DNA of 63,642 bases, filler included, from Octopus bimaculoides (GCF_001194135.2; 6 parts of 4 records of this genome joined end to end with filler, not necessarily neighbours in it); one strand, 5' to 3'. Positions 12,213 to 25,150 are shown, counted from the whole stretch's first letter. Notes: generated by a model from the letters alone, not told the origin. Numbers and translations: made by a program.

Positions 12213-14507
12213 TTGACGACGAAAAATAGTCATGTGGATATGTTCCAAGATAGTTTGCTTGTATTTTGTTATCGTTGTAATGGCAAAAGGCACAGCAAAT
12301 ATTAACTGAGAGGAACTNNNNNNNNNNATATATCCAGTAGATTATGAAAATAAAAACGACAAAAGAAAGCCTGATAAATTATCGTTTGTGGGGTAACAAA
12401 GTATATTAATAATTGAGAAATAATGTGATTTTCGATAAAAAAATAAATAACAAAAAACATTATTATTGGTTTCACTGAAATGGCAAATAAATAAATGATC
12501 GAAATAAAAATAAACAAAACTGAAAGGGAAGAAAATCTCTGAACAAAACCCACAAGATAAATAAAATATAAACAACAGAAGTTTAGTTCCCCAAAACCTA
12601 TTTGAATGAACGGTTGATTAAATTATATATAAAACCGTAAGTCTCAATAAAATATTTATCTTCTTTTATTACGTAAGATTCAAAGGAAAAAAGCAAACAA
12701 AAACAATAATTTGGTTGTGTTTCTCTTAAATATCTTATATACACATATGGAATCATATGTCGTTTATTTGTTGGGTTGATTGATTGATTGTTTTGTTGTT
12801 GTTGATTTTTTTCTAAAAATAATTTAAATTAAAAAGAACCCCTACAAAAAAAATTGTTGATTTAATTAAAAAATTATTAGAAATTGTATTATATATTTTA
12901 ATTATTACAAAAATGATTCAATTATATTGTATACAAAATGATATGCAATGACTAAATATGGCCAAACTGGTTTCTTTTTCTTTCTAAGTTATTATTCTAA
13001 TCATATTTACAATGGAAAACGTGGTGCAGAAAAGTCTATGTAGAGACATATTTATATCCCGATGAAAATAAAACTGGCAGATCGTGGGGGAAAAAAAATG
13101 CACGCAAAAAATAAACGAAAAAGGAAGGAAACATGGTGGTTATGTGGAGAGGAATAATTCACTGTTTCAGTGTAAAGCAGACGAAGATATTTTCCGGTCC
13201 AAAACATGAACGCACACTAAAAACAATGAAGGAAAAATGAATAAAATGAAGAAATGATATGATATTATATGCTTTTATTTTGATTTGACAATAATCTACA
13301 ATGATGCCCCAGTAAAATATCAACAACAACAACAGTAACAATATAAAGCAATAATACTAATGAGGTACAATCGGTTGTTTCTCTTCAAATATCCGCCATG
13401 TTTGTTGTGAAAAGAAAAAGAACGACCACAAAACAGATTTATAAACATTACTCAACTGTGCATGCACCTACGTCATTTTTATCCAATGGCCGATAAAATT
13501 AGATATGATTAAAAGAACTGATGACAAAACAAGAGAAGCAGTGAATACGAATAACAAAAAAGCCGCACAAATTAAATAAAAAGAAACAATTGCTTTAAAG
13601 AAGAAAATCAAAAACCATCGAGAAAATATCGAGGTTTATTTTTTAGCTAATATTGTGTGATATATCCAAAGGATTCTTTATTCCTCTCTTTAATACTTCC
13701 AAGTCTTCCAAGACCTAGCTTATTTATTGATCTATTGATGGATTTAATCAGAACAGTATTGGCCTTAAAGTACGAGTATATACTCTGTAGGACTGTTAAT
13801 GAAATAATGATATTTCTTTACTAGTTATCTTTTCAAGGCATCTTATGTTTAATTGTGCAAGTAGCAATCATTAAAATACAATTAATTGGTAAAAAAAATA
13901 TATATCAACTAAACAAATAAAATATAGATTGCTAACTGATGCATGTCGCGTGATAAAGACTTGTTGAATGAACTATCGCTGCTACCACCCGCCATATATT
14001 TTTTTCCTATCCTTTTCTTTGTTAACATTGTTTAGGTAAAAACACGTAAAGAAAATCAAAAAGAACAATCGATACAGGCCTTCATTTGTTGCTTGATAAT
14101 GTGTTATTCTTCCCATCTAAACAAATGAAACCCAACCAAGGAAATGAAGGGAGAAAGAATTTTTTTCTTTTCCTCCAGAGAAGAAAGGGAAATGTGTTTG
14201 TCATATCGGCTGAAGCAACAATTGAAGACTTACTTTCTTTGATAATTTATTATTTTCTTCATTTTTTTTTAGATGATACAGTCTGGTTTATTACTTTTAT
14301 AGACGAGACAAATAAAGCCCCCTTTTTTGACAACATAATATGTTTGGTGTTGTTTCTTGTTTTGTGTTGATATTGTGTGCCATTGTAAGCGAAACAAACA
14401 GTACTCAATGCATATTATAGAGCCTATACGTCATAGAAGTCAGCTGATGGCTCACACGGTTTACTATACGGTGTTTCCCACCATGTGTGCTATACTAGGA
14501 TACATAA

Positions 14508-14555
<48 letters not shown>

Positions 14556-15954
14556 AGCATAAATAACGTTGTATTAGCAAACAGAGAAATATTATCTGAA
14601 TAGGCTTAGCAAACAGTTGATCTGTTGGAAAGATCAGCCAAGTCGTAAAAATTTCTATACGTTTATTTACACAATTATTTTGTAATAAACATCGGAGACT
14701 GTCATAACTGTGAACTAAAAAGATCACTCGTTCGTTACACGCACACACGTGTGTGNNNNNNNNNNNNNNNNNNNNNNNNNNNNNNNNNNNNNNNNNNNNN
14801 NNNNNNNNNNNNNNNNNNNNNNNNNNNNNNNNNNNNNNNNNNNNNNNNNNNNNNNNNNNNNNNNNNNNNNNNNNNNNNNNNNNNNNNNNNNNNNNNNNNN
14901 NNNNNNNNNNNNNNNNNNNNNNNNNNNNNNNNNNNNNNNNNNNNNNNNNNNNNNNNNNNNNNNNNNNNNNNNNNNNNNNNNNNNNNNNNNNNNNNNNNNN
15001 NNNNNNNNNNNNNNNNNNNNNNNNNNNNNNNNNNNNNNNNNNNNNNNNNNNNNNNNNNNNNNNNNNNNNNNNNNNNNNNNNNNNNNNNNNNNNNNNNNNN
15101 NNNNNNNNNNNNNNNNNNNNNNNNNNNNNNNNNNNNNNNNNNNNNNNNNNNNNNNNNNNNNNNNNNNNNNNNNNNNNNNNNNNNNNNNNNNNNNNNNNNN
15201 NNNNNNNNNNNNNNNNNNNNNNNNNNNNNNNNNNNNNNNNNNNNNNNNNNNNNNNNNNNNNNNNNNNNNNNNNNNNNNNNNNNNNNNNNNNNNNNNNNNN
15301 NNNNNNNNNNNNNNNNNNNNNNNNNNNNNNNNNNNNNNNNNNNNNNNNNNNNNNNNNNNNNNNNNNNNNNNNNNNNNNNNNNNNNNNNNNNNNNNNNNNN
15401 NNNNNNNNNNNNNNNNNNNNNNNNNNNNNNNNNNNNNNNNNNNNNNNNNNNNNNNNNNNNNNNNNNNNNNNNNNNNNNNNNNNNNNNNNNNNNNNNNNNN
15501 NNNNNNNNNNNNNNNNNNNNNNNNNNNNNNNNNNNNNNNNNNNNNNNNNNNNNNNNNNNNNNNNNNNNNNNNNNNNNNNNNNNNNNNNNNNNNNNNNNNN
15601 NNNNNNNNNNNNNNNNNNNNNNNNNNNNNNNNNNNNNNNNNNNNNNNNNNNNNNNNNNNNNNNNNNNNNNNNNNACACACACACACACACACACACATTT
15701 ATGAAAATTCTTGAATCAAACATGAAGAAAACCAGACAACTAAGGACGATTCTATACTGAAGAGCAAGTAGTTTATTTTACAGATTTAATGTTTTATCAA
15801 GAAACACTCGCTTTCACTAAATCATAGAAGCTTCTCTGAAACTCTATACATACATACATACATACATATGTACGTATGTTTGTATGCATGCATGCATCCA
15901 TGTATGCGTGTATGTATGGAAGTATGTATGGAAGTGTGTATGTACGCAAGTATG

Positions 15955-16970
15955 TACGAGGGGATACCCAAAAGTAGTCGAAAACGTTCTCTGTGGAACA
16001 AGCTCGTCGTAGTTCAGGCTTCTACTGCTGGCAGTCACTTGATACAACCGTCAGACTGCAGTCTGCCGATCGGTGTCGTCGGTTGCGGTCGTACTTCCAT
16101 GTGGTGCGTCTCTGTTTTTCAATGCATCTCCCTTGTTCGTCAATTTTTGTGTTGGCTGAAACGAAAGAACAGCGTGGTTCCGTGAAATTCTGCTTTCTGC
16201 TGAGGAAAACGGTTGTCATGTTCCAAACAGCTTACAAGGACGCTGCCATGAGCTAAGCACAAGTTTACGAGTGGTTTCCACGCTTTAGGAATGGTCACTT
16301 GTCGTTTGAAGACCAACCTCGTTGAGGACGACCGTCGACCTCCCGTACAAATGCAAATTCATGAACTGATCTTCGCGGACCGTCACCGAACAACTGACGA
16401 ACTTATTGATATGACTGGTGTATCCTGAAGCTTCTGCCAATGAATTTTGAGTGAAAAATAGCGAACGAAAAGAATTGGAGCAAAATCTGTGCCTCGTTTG
16501 CTAACGGAAGCGCAGAAGACCAACCGTGTTGAAGACAACCGTCGACCTCCCGTACGAATGAAAACACGAAAATTCATGAACTGATCTTCGCGGACCGTCA
16601 CTGAACAACTGACGAACTTATTGATATGACTGGTGTATCCTGAAGCTTCTGCCAATGAATTTTGAGCGCAGAAGCAGTCACGACTGACTGCGCATCGTGA
16701 ACTGAAAGAACAGTTGGATGTTGACCTGGATCATTTTTGAAGGTCATCATGGATGACGAAAGGAGGTGTTAGGGAATTTCCAGATGTGGAAGAGGTGAAG
16801 AAAAAAACGACGGAGGCTGTAAAAGGCATCACTTCACAAGAGTTCCAGCGCTACATCGAATAGTGGAAAACGCGCCTGGACTGATGCATTGCTTCAAATG
16901 GAGAATACTTTGAAAGCGATAAGTGTAAACACACAAAACTAAGTGAACAAGATAATATTGCAAAATTACA
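15955..16970 (+). mobile_element. Degenerate, internally deleted mariner (Tc1/mariner) element
   Basis: Starts TA-CGAGGG. Encodes EQRGSVKFCFLL..QVYEWF..GRPSTS..VPRLLTEAQK (HTH, WVPR-like motif), then jumps after VIMDDE to FPDVEEVKKKTT..WKTRLD.CIASNGEYFESD. Stops present; right end cut by a SINE. Confidence 0.9.
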
Positions 16971-17128
16971 TCGACCCCTGTATTTAACTGGTACTTATTT
17001 TATCAACTCCTAAATGGATAAAAGGCAAAGTGGACCTTGGCGGAATTTGAGCTCAGAACGTAAAGACGAACGAAATATCGCTATGCATCTTGCCCGGCTT
17101 GCTAACGATTCTGTCAGCTCACTACCTT
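16971..17128 (-). mobile_element. SINE family A
   Basis: Reverse complement of family A head, B-box and core (actggtacttattttatc...ggcaaagtggacc...gaatttgagctcagaacg). Confidence 0.8.
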
Positions 17129-17412
17129 TTTGGAGGTAATAATATTAAATATATAATGAACCTAGGAGCACATCGCGAAACAAAATATATAATAAAATGC
17201 AGTATTAATATATCTGTTAGTATATGTGTATGGGAGAAGTATGTTTGTTTCTACGTGCTCAATTGTGCGCGTGTAAACGGACGTATGTATATGTGTAAGT
17301 ATATAAGCAAACATAGATAACTGACCGTACAATACAATACAAAATACTAAAGTTTTCCCTCGATTTCAACTTTATATTGAACACTAGTAACTTCTATCCC
17401 TCATCCAAACTA

Positions 17413-17554
17413 GAGAGAGAGAGAGAGAGAGAGAGCGAGAGCGAGAGAGAGAGAGAGAGAGCGAGAGCGAGAGAGACAGAGAGAGAGACAGAGAGAGACA
17501 GAGAGAGAGACAGAGAGAGAGAGAGAGGGAGAGAGAGAGAAAGAGACAGAGAGA
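17413..17554. repeat. Compound (GA)n/(GACAGA)n microsatellite
   Basis: Direct reading; source of the false ERERER ORF. Confidence 0.95.
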
Positions 17555-17726
17555 TGTAGGGAGAATTATTCTCTAAGATGGGAGGTACTTATAGAGGAGA
17601 AGTAAATGTGAATGCTAAAAAATTAACATCCTTATTATTATTATTATTACATTTAGGGGTCTCTTAGCCGGAATGTGAGAGGCGCAGTGTTCGATTCCCT
17701 GTGGAGTCTTGCTAACCGCTTTTAAT

Positions 17727-18095
17727 GAGGCGGCGAGCTGGCAGAATGGTTAGCGCGCCGGACGAAATGCTTATTGGTATTTCTCCCGTCACTGCGTTCT
17801 GAGTTCAAATTCTGCCGAGGTCGACTTTGCCTTTCATCCTTTCGGGGTTGATAAAGTAAGTACCAGTGAAGCACTGGCGACGATGTGATCGACTAGTTCC
17901 CTCCCCCAAATTTCAGGGCTTGTGCCCAATGTAGAAAGGATTATTATTATTACAATTTACAGAGGGCGAATTGGCAGAATTATTAGCGCGCCGGGCAAAA
18001 CGCTTAGCGGCATTGCATCCGTCCTTACGTTCCGAGTTCAAATTCCGCTGTGGTTGACTTTGCCTTTCATCCTTTCGAGGTCGATGTAGTCAACT
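17727..18095 (+). mobile_element. Two tandem SINE family A copies
   Basis: ggcggcgagctggcagaatggttagc...gagttcaaattc...gaggtcgactttgcctttcatcctttcgggg occurs twice, separated by (ATT)n. Confidence 0.85.
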
Positions 18096-18618
18096 TCCTC
18101 AACTCTCAAATTTACTGGCCTTCTTCTTCTTCGTCGTCATTTATATATACATATTCATTGGTCGTACATGTTACGCATAATGTCTGTTTGTCTGTTGAAT
18201 TTTATCAAACTGTTTGTTTATCTGTATTTCCAGTTTAACATTTTCTTCAGACAAAAGAAATAGTGTCTATTTCTCCTTAATCTATCCTATCATCTGGCTA
18301 TTTTATTAATTTCTGTCCGTCAGTGTGTTTATTACACTTTTAAATATAGCATAGGTTATCTTCTGGTAATTTTTCGCCGCTTTAAGAGGAATCACAAACA
18401 GGGTGAAGAGGAAATTAACCCAAGGCGAGTGAGTCCCACTTGGTACATGAAAACGCCGTACTGTCGTCGAAACCACTGCCTGGAACATGCGCAAGCAAAA
18501 AGAACTATTTGATGAAGGAGGAAGGCTAATGCATACATAATCAACAGAGCAATGCAGGCGTACGTTGATATATATATATATATATATATAATCTTTTATA
18601 TTTTATTTGTTAGAATCA

Positions 18619-18955
18619 TTAAATTGCAACGACGCTGGAGCGCCGCCTTGAAGAATTCTTTTAGCCGAATGAATCGACCCCAGCATTCATTTTTGTTAAA
18701 CCAGGTACTTATTCTTTCGGTCTCTTTTGCCGAACCGCTAAGCTACGGGAGCATACACACACACACACACACACACACACATACCAACTCTGGTTGTCAA
18801 TCGGTGTTGAGAGACAAACACACGCAAAGATACACACACACACACACGCACACCGCCAACACTTTATTCTGCAAAAATAGGGGTAGTATTATCCTGTTCA
18901 GGCTATATTATTAGTATTATCCTGCGTTTGAGAATTTAAAAATCANNNNNNNNNN

Positions 18956-18989
<34 letters not shown>

Positions 18990-19085
18990 TATATATATAT
19001 ATATCGGCCTCCTTTCAGATTCCATTAATCAAATCCATTCAAGGCTTTGGTTGGCCCGAGGCTATAGCAGAAAACACTTGCCTAA
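18619..19085 (-). mobile_element. tRNA-derived SINE family B (CORE-like central block), gapped
   Basis: Reverse complement of family B (ctggagcgccgcc, cttttgccgaaccgctaag, ggcccgaggctatagcagaaaacacttgcc). A + strand 3' half follows at 19086-19222. Confidence 0.75.
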
Positions 19086-21334
19086 GTGTTGGTGTGTTTA
19101 GGTCACCGTAATATTGCGGTTCGAAAAAAGAGATGACGGAATAAGTCCTGGGGTAGATTAGACCGACTAAAATTCCTCAGGTGGTGCTCCAGCATGGCTG
19201 CAACAAATAGAAGATAAATAATGTGTGTGTGTGTTTGTAATCTGCTGAACAAGCGATCCCTTCTGGGGAGGCTATAGAAATAGCCGAAACTAAACGCTCA
19301 GTCTAAGAAGGTCTCGAGTCGGTATTTTGGCGATTCCGGCCCATGTGAGCATATATGTATACATTTATGTGCCTTTCCTACAGCATTAGAGCATATTAGC
19401 TCTTATTTCTAGCAATGTACATGTCTTGACTCCCTTAGTCGCGTTTAGTGACGATTATATTTTACCTGTGTGTGTGTGTAGGCGTGTGTGGATGCACAGG
19501 AGTATAAATAGTATACGGGAAAATAATATAATTTTAAAAACAGAATGTAGAATATATTCCAAAAATACATTTTACCATAAACTCTAAATGACGAGTGTAT
19601 AAATTGTATTTCTCCACAAGAAATCAATAACTTATCTTTTCTCACAAGTGAATAACTCACACCATACAGACATTTCAAGATTTTTATCTTTTAGAATTTA
19701 TGAAACACCTTGACATTTTCCTAATCAATGCTTCCAACATATTTGATGTGAACGTCGTTGTTAAGATAGAAAAAGTAATTTTTTTTTCTTTCCGGGAGCA
19801 AGACGAGATTACTGCATATGTTTGAATTTCTCACCTGAATGTATAGCATTTGATTAAACGACTTCTCGCCATGTTATCAGTGTAACGATCTCGTTTTTAT
19901 TATTATTAATNNNNNNNNNNNNNNNNNNNNNNNNNNNNNNNNNNNNNNNNNNNNNNNNNNNNNNNNNNNNNNNNNNNNNNNNNNNNNNNNNNNNNNNNNN
20001 NNNNNNNNNNNNNNNNNNNNNNNNNNNNNNNNNNNNNNNNNNNNNNNNNNNNNNNNNNNNNNNNNNNNNNNNNNNNNNNNNNNNNNNNNNNNNNNNNNNN
20101 NNNNNNNNNNNNNNNNNNNNNNNNNNNNNNNNNNNNNNNNNNNNNNNNNNNNNNNNNNNNNNNNNNNNNNNNNNNNNNNNNNNNNNNNNNNNNNNNNNNN
20201 NNNNNNNNNNNNNNNNNNNNNNNNNNNNNNNNNNNNNNNNNNNNNNNNNNNNNNNNNNNNNNNNNNNNNNNNNNNNNNNNNNNNNNNNNNNNNNNNNNNN
20301 NNNNNNNNNNNNNNNNNNNNNNNNNNNNNNNNNNNNNNNNNNNNNNNNNNNNNNNNNNNNNNNNNNNNNNNNNNNNNNNNNNNNNNNNNNNNNNNNNNNN
20401 NNNNNNNNNNNNNNNNNNNNNNNNNNNNNNNNNNNNNNNNNNNNNNNNNNNNNNNNNNNNNNNNNNNNNNNNNNNNNNNNNNNNNNNNNNNNNNNNNNNN
20501 NNNNNNNNNNNNNNNNNNNNNNNNNNNNNNNNNNNNNNNNNNNNNNNNNNNNNNNNNNNNNNNNNNNNNNNNNNNNNNNNNNNNNNNNNNNNNNNNNNNN
20601 NNNNNNNNNNNNNNNNNNNNNNNNNNNNNNNNNNNNNNNNNNNNNNNNNNNNNNNNNNNNNNNNNNNNNNNNNNNNNNNNNNNNNNNNNNNNNNNNNNNN
20701 NNNNNNNNNNNNNNNNNNNNNNNNNNNATATATATATATATATATATATATATACGGGTATCTCTTTATGGCCACCATTAAAACTTTTACCTGTGATGTA
20801 CTTAGAGTTAGGATGAATAAGTGAGAGAAACGTGACTCAATACACACAGAAGAATTTAATAAGTCGGCTTAAGTTGATTAAAAAAGTCGTCTTTGATCCA
20901 GCGACATGAATTCGATTGATTGATTGATTGATTGATTCACACACACACACACATATGTAAGAAGCTACGATGATATGAGAAACAATATCACACGTAATCT
21001 GTAAAATTACTGTTGTAATATTCCTGTCAAGATTTCAATAAAATCAACCGTGTCAGACCAGATATGGGACAGAGAAAAAAAAAGTAGTTTCCTGTCGCTG
21101 AAATTAGTTGCTCACAAGGCGCTAATTTGTCAAAAATTGGTGTATACTAACTCTTAACTAAGACCACAACTAAATAGCCTCTTGTTACAAATGGATCCTG
21201 CTCTGTCAAAATTTAATTTCCGAGAATAGGTTGGAGCAATATATTAGGCTGAATAAAAAGTAAGCAACATTTTGAAACGTGAAATTCATCACAATATATT
21301 TCAACAATGCGGAAATTTTATTCATCAAAGTAAG

Positions 21335-23380
21335 TACCACCAAGAGCTGCAGATAAGTTCTGTACTTTGTGGATCTTAATATGTCTTTTGAGGCCTCCGT
21401 TGGATTTGCAAACCTTCTGGCATATACTCTATTCAAAGGACATATAGGCAGAATAGTTGCTGGAAATTCGTTTTCCATGCGTTTGCAGATGAGATTTGAA
21501 GCCAGCAAAAGCCAGGCGTGGTCTGTCACAGACTGTGCACACAAAAGGTCATTGTCATTCAACTTCTCAATCGCTACATTCTTCCTTAGATCTCTTTTGA
21601 GTCTTGCATGCGTTACCCTGACCTCTTCAAATTCTTTCACTCCACTCCACACCTTTGTTCGCCATCTAACTCGATCCGAAGCAAGGGTTTCTATATCTTT
21701 TGGAACCATTCCGAATGACTTCATAGTAGTCCTTATGCCGTCCTTAAACCTTTTCTTAGGTTTACACCGATAGCGTTTCCCCTCTGCAAGCTCACCATTA
21801 AATAGCTGTTTCGGCATGCGTTCATCTGCCATTCGAACAATATGGTCACGCCATCTCAATTGGTTTGTCAAAATCATAGCTTTAATTGAGGTGATGCCTG
21901 CAGATGCAAGGACATCTGTGTTTGGAGTAAAACATCTCCATTTAATTTTTAAAATGCAAAGAAGGCATTTTTGGTGGAATTGTTCTAACAATTTAAAATG
22001 GCTTTCATAACAAGTCCAAGATTCACAAGAATACAACAGGGATGGCAAGACAAATAAGTCAGCTTTGTATTCTTATTTATATGTCGCTGGCCCCAAACGC
22101 GTGACTTCGCTCTCTGCCCCTCTCATGGTTCGAACGCTAGAAACATCTTTTATATCATGTTTTCTTATCAGAGTATAATCTTTGAGATGCCAGTGCTTAG
22201 GTCCTTGGTGTATCCAGGTGGTTCTATATTTTTCTGCTGAAACAGAGTGTTGGTGACAACCAGATTATTCTCAGTACAAAACGTCAAAAGAGCTACTCTA
22301 TTTTTATTGCATTTTCCAATCCCATGTCGACCTAAAACAGGCCATGAAACATAATCCTTTCCAACTCTTGCATTGAAATCTCCCAATATGACCAGCTTAT
22401 CAGAAATTGGTACTTTCCTCAATAATTGTGCTAGATCATCATAAAACTGTGCTACAGTTTCATCAGAATGGAACACTGTTGGTGCATAAATACTGACAAC
22501 GGTAAGAAACCTACCCTTTGTCAGTTTAATACGGCATGACATGATCCTTTCAGATATATCACTTAGAAGCTCTGCAATGGAGGATACTAATGTATTCTTG
22601 GGAGCAAACCCAATACCAGATTCTCTACGCTGACCCTTAGGTAGGCCTCTCCAAAAGATAGTGTATCCTTAAGTAGGTTCATTTACTTGACCCTCACCAG
22701 AGAGACGAGTTTTAGAGAGCGCAATTATATCAAGGGAATATTTCTTGAGCTCACATGCAATAAGTGCAGCACGCCTTTCTGGCTTCTTGTTGAAATTATC
22801 ATCAAGAAGTGTGCGCACATTCCAACGACCAAAATTCAAAGGATGTTTATTTTAACTTTTTCTTGAAGATTGTTTGACCACAGTGGCAGGATGACGACCA
22901 GGTCCAGCCTGTGATACACTGGAACACCTGCCGAGTCAGACCTGTTCTCCTGAAGTTCCCAAGTCTTTTTTGCCATTTACTGAATCTGTTTGAAACATTT
23001 TAGAGTAAGTTACAAGTGCATTTTTAGGATTCTGCCAACCAACCAACCAATTCAATGATTTTACTAAGATTTGGAGTACAGAAAGTACCTGTGCAGATGA
23101 ATAATTTTCAGTGGGTGTAGCTTGCACTGCACTACCCCCACCAATTGACTCAAGAAGACTTTCACCGGTGTGACATGAAAATTGACAAAACTAGGAACTT
23201 CCAAGGCCTCAGGTTTTATTTCGGAGATTTCCTTCTCCTAAGTAGATTACCAACCAAGGTTAAAGAGCTTCTACCTGCCCATGAGGTACGCTATCCCATT
23301 CCAGACACCAAACCGACACTCAAACACTCTATAAAGTGATCAGATATCACTCCGGTGACCGACGCGGAGTAGCTCATTCA
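21335..23380 (-). mobile_element. RTE-clade LINE with 5' UTR, AP-endonuclease and C-terminus; RT core deleted
   Basis: FGRWNVRTL..IYAPT..VILGDFNARVG..LVVTNTLF (APE motifs) joined near 22050-22100 directly to LPSLLYSCESW..QLRWRDHIVRMADERMPKQLFNGEL..KKRFKD (post-RT RTE signature), then C2H2 fingers after a frameshift. No YADD/FADD region. Confidence 0.9.
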
Positions 23381-23595
23381 TAAAAAAGTGAGAAAGCACG
23401 ATATGTGATTTGCAAATATAAATAAGAAGTAAATATAAATATGAAAAAGGAAAAGATATGCAATAAATATAAATATGTATATAAAAGTAAAAATATACCT
23501 ATACAGGCATATAAGATGGAATATATATATATATATATTTACAGACATTTTNNNNNNNNNNNNNNNNNNNNNNNNNNNNNNNNNNNNNNNNNNNN

Positions 23596-23607
23596 TTAAT
23601 TAATTAA
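23596..23607. other. Assembly spacer TTAATTAATTAA between N44 runs (also 35813, 39970, 53389, 59615)
   Basis: Identical 12-mer with stops in all six frames, flanked by 44 N each side (100 bp total), five times. Confidence 0.95.
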
Positions 23608-23829
23608 NNNNNNNNNNNNNNNNNNNNNNNNNNNNNNNNNNNNNNNNNNNNATATAGTGTGTAGTCCTTAAAAGTTAGAAAATCGAAGTATTTCCAACGC
23701 AGCCCTCAAACCGAGTGCAGAGCTATCTGTGCAATCAAATTAAATAAAACCAAATTACGTTAAACATCCATATGGAATTTTTGTATAGCATGACGTTAAA
23801 AACAGAATGGTGCCAAAGCAGTTGAAACT

Positions 23830-24450
23830 GGTCATTAAAGAAAGTTATAAATACTCGGGAATAGGCGGAGATGGTATACTTCATGCTACTATGAAGGAAA
23901 GAATAAGAAAGGAATACTATATGAGAATAAGACTTCTACAGAAAATTGAACTCAACTAAAAAAATCGTATCGATGCCATTAACACCTTGGCACTTCCAGT
24001 AGACCAATACAGTTTTAGCATCATTAACTGGAGTCCTGTGGAGCTACAACGCCTGGATAGGAAGACAAGAAAATTATTGACATCTAAGAACATGCACCAC
24101 CCAAAGGCAGACGTTGGCCGTTTTTACCTACCTAGAACTCGTGGGCAGAGAGTATGATGCAATTAGAACTGTGCTATAAAACTTCCACTATAGGAATGAG
24201 CAGGTGCTTATCTAGTACAGAGGACTGGGTGTTGCGACATGTGTGGAACATGAAAGTAGCAAAAAGTAGCATTCTATTGTCAAGTAGGCTTATAAATTGG
24301 CAAGGGAACTTGTCATTAACCTTGAATTAGATGAAGAACCTCAGACTACTGCTACAAAGCAAGCAAAATGAATCAAGCAAACTGCAAAGAAGACTGAACA
24401 GAAACAAATAGAGGAGCAGTAGAGTCAGAAACCCCTGCATGGTGTTTTTT
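23830..24450 (+). mobile_element. R4/Dong-like (RLE-type) LINE, post-RT segment
   Basis: SYKYSGI..MKERIRKEYYMRIRLL..NRIDAINTLALPV..INWSPVELQRLDRKTRKLLT..MHHPKADVGRFYLPR..KPLHG, with stops and frameshifts. Confidence 0.8.
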
Positions 24451-25150
24451 GAGGTAGATCTACGTTCTTCTCTTTTTCCATATCTCTGTTGTTCACTATT
24501 CTTTACTCAGCTTCCTCGTTGGGATATACTGCTCGTACACAGGATTCTGTGCTTCTGTTCCCTATTTCATTTACATTGTTGCATTTTTCATTTGGTCTAC
24601 TTTGAGATATTTATGTCCTAATTTGATTCATTTCAGCGTCACTCGTTTGTTCTTAATGATATCGCTACGAACATTACTTAATTTATTTGCATCTATATGT
24701 CTACGTACTTCATTGCCTACTGAATTTCTCCATGTAGTGTATGTTTTAGCATGAGGTTATTGTTTAGGTTTAGTCGGGCTTTACAAAAAGTTTTCAAAAC
24801 ATCACTATACTCCTCTCTAGTCTATTTTGTGCATTTTGCTTTAGGTGGTGCTTTTGGTGGCGTCACTACAGGTCTAGAGACAAGATTATCCTTGTTCTGG
24901 TTATCAAGTAGATCATCTTTAATTTGTTCCAAGAGCAGACTTTTCGACTTCAGTGTGGTACCTCATTGGATAACGCGGCCTTTGCTGTCCCGGGCGGTGA
25001 CAGATTCGGTATGAGCTTTGGCTTGTCATTAAAGCATTGACGGTGACATTACAAGACAAGTCTGTTTGTTCAGATTTTACTTTTTGACAGAACACCACTT
25101 CCGAGTTCTTCGAATGGATATGATTTTCATATCGAAATCGCATGAGGTTT
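24451..25150 (-). mobile_element. R4/Dong-like LINE, N-terminal segment and probable 5' UTR
   Basis: K*TREEYSDVLKTFCKA..TYTTWRN..HIDANKLSNVRSDIIKNKR..DAEMNQI, the kind of N-terminal block I associate with this clade. 5' limit uncertain. Confidence 0.6.
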
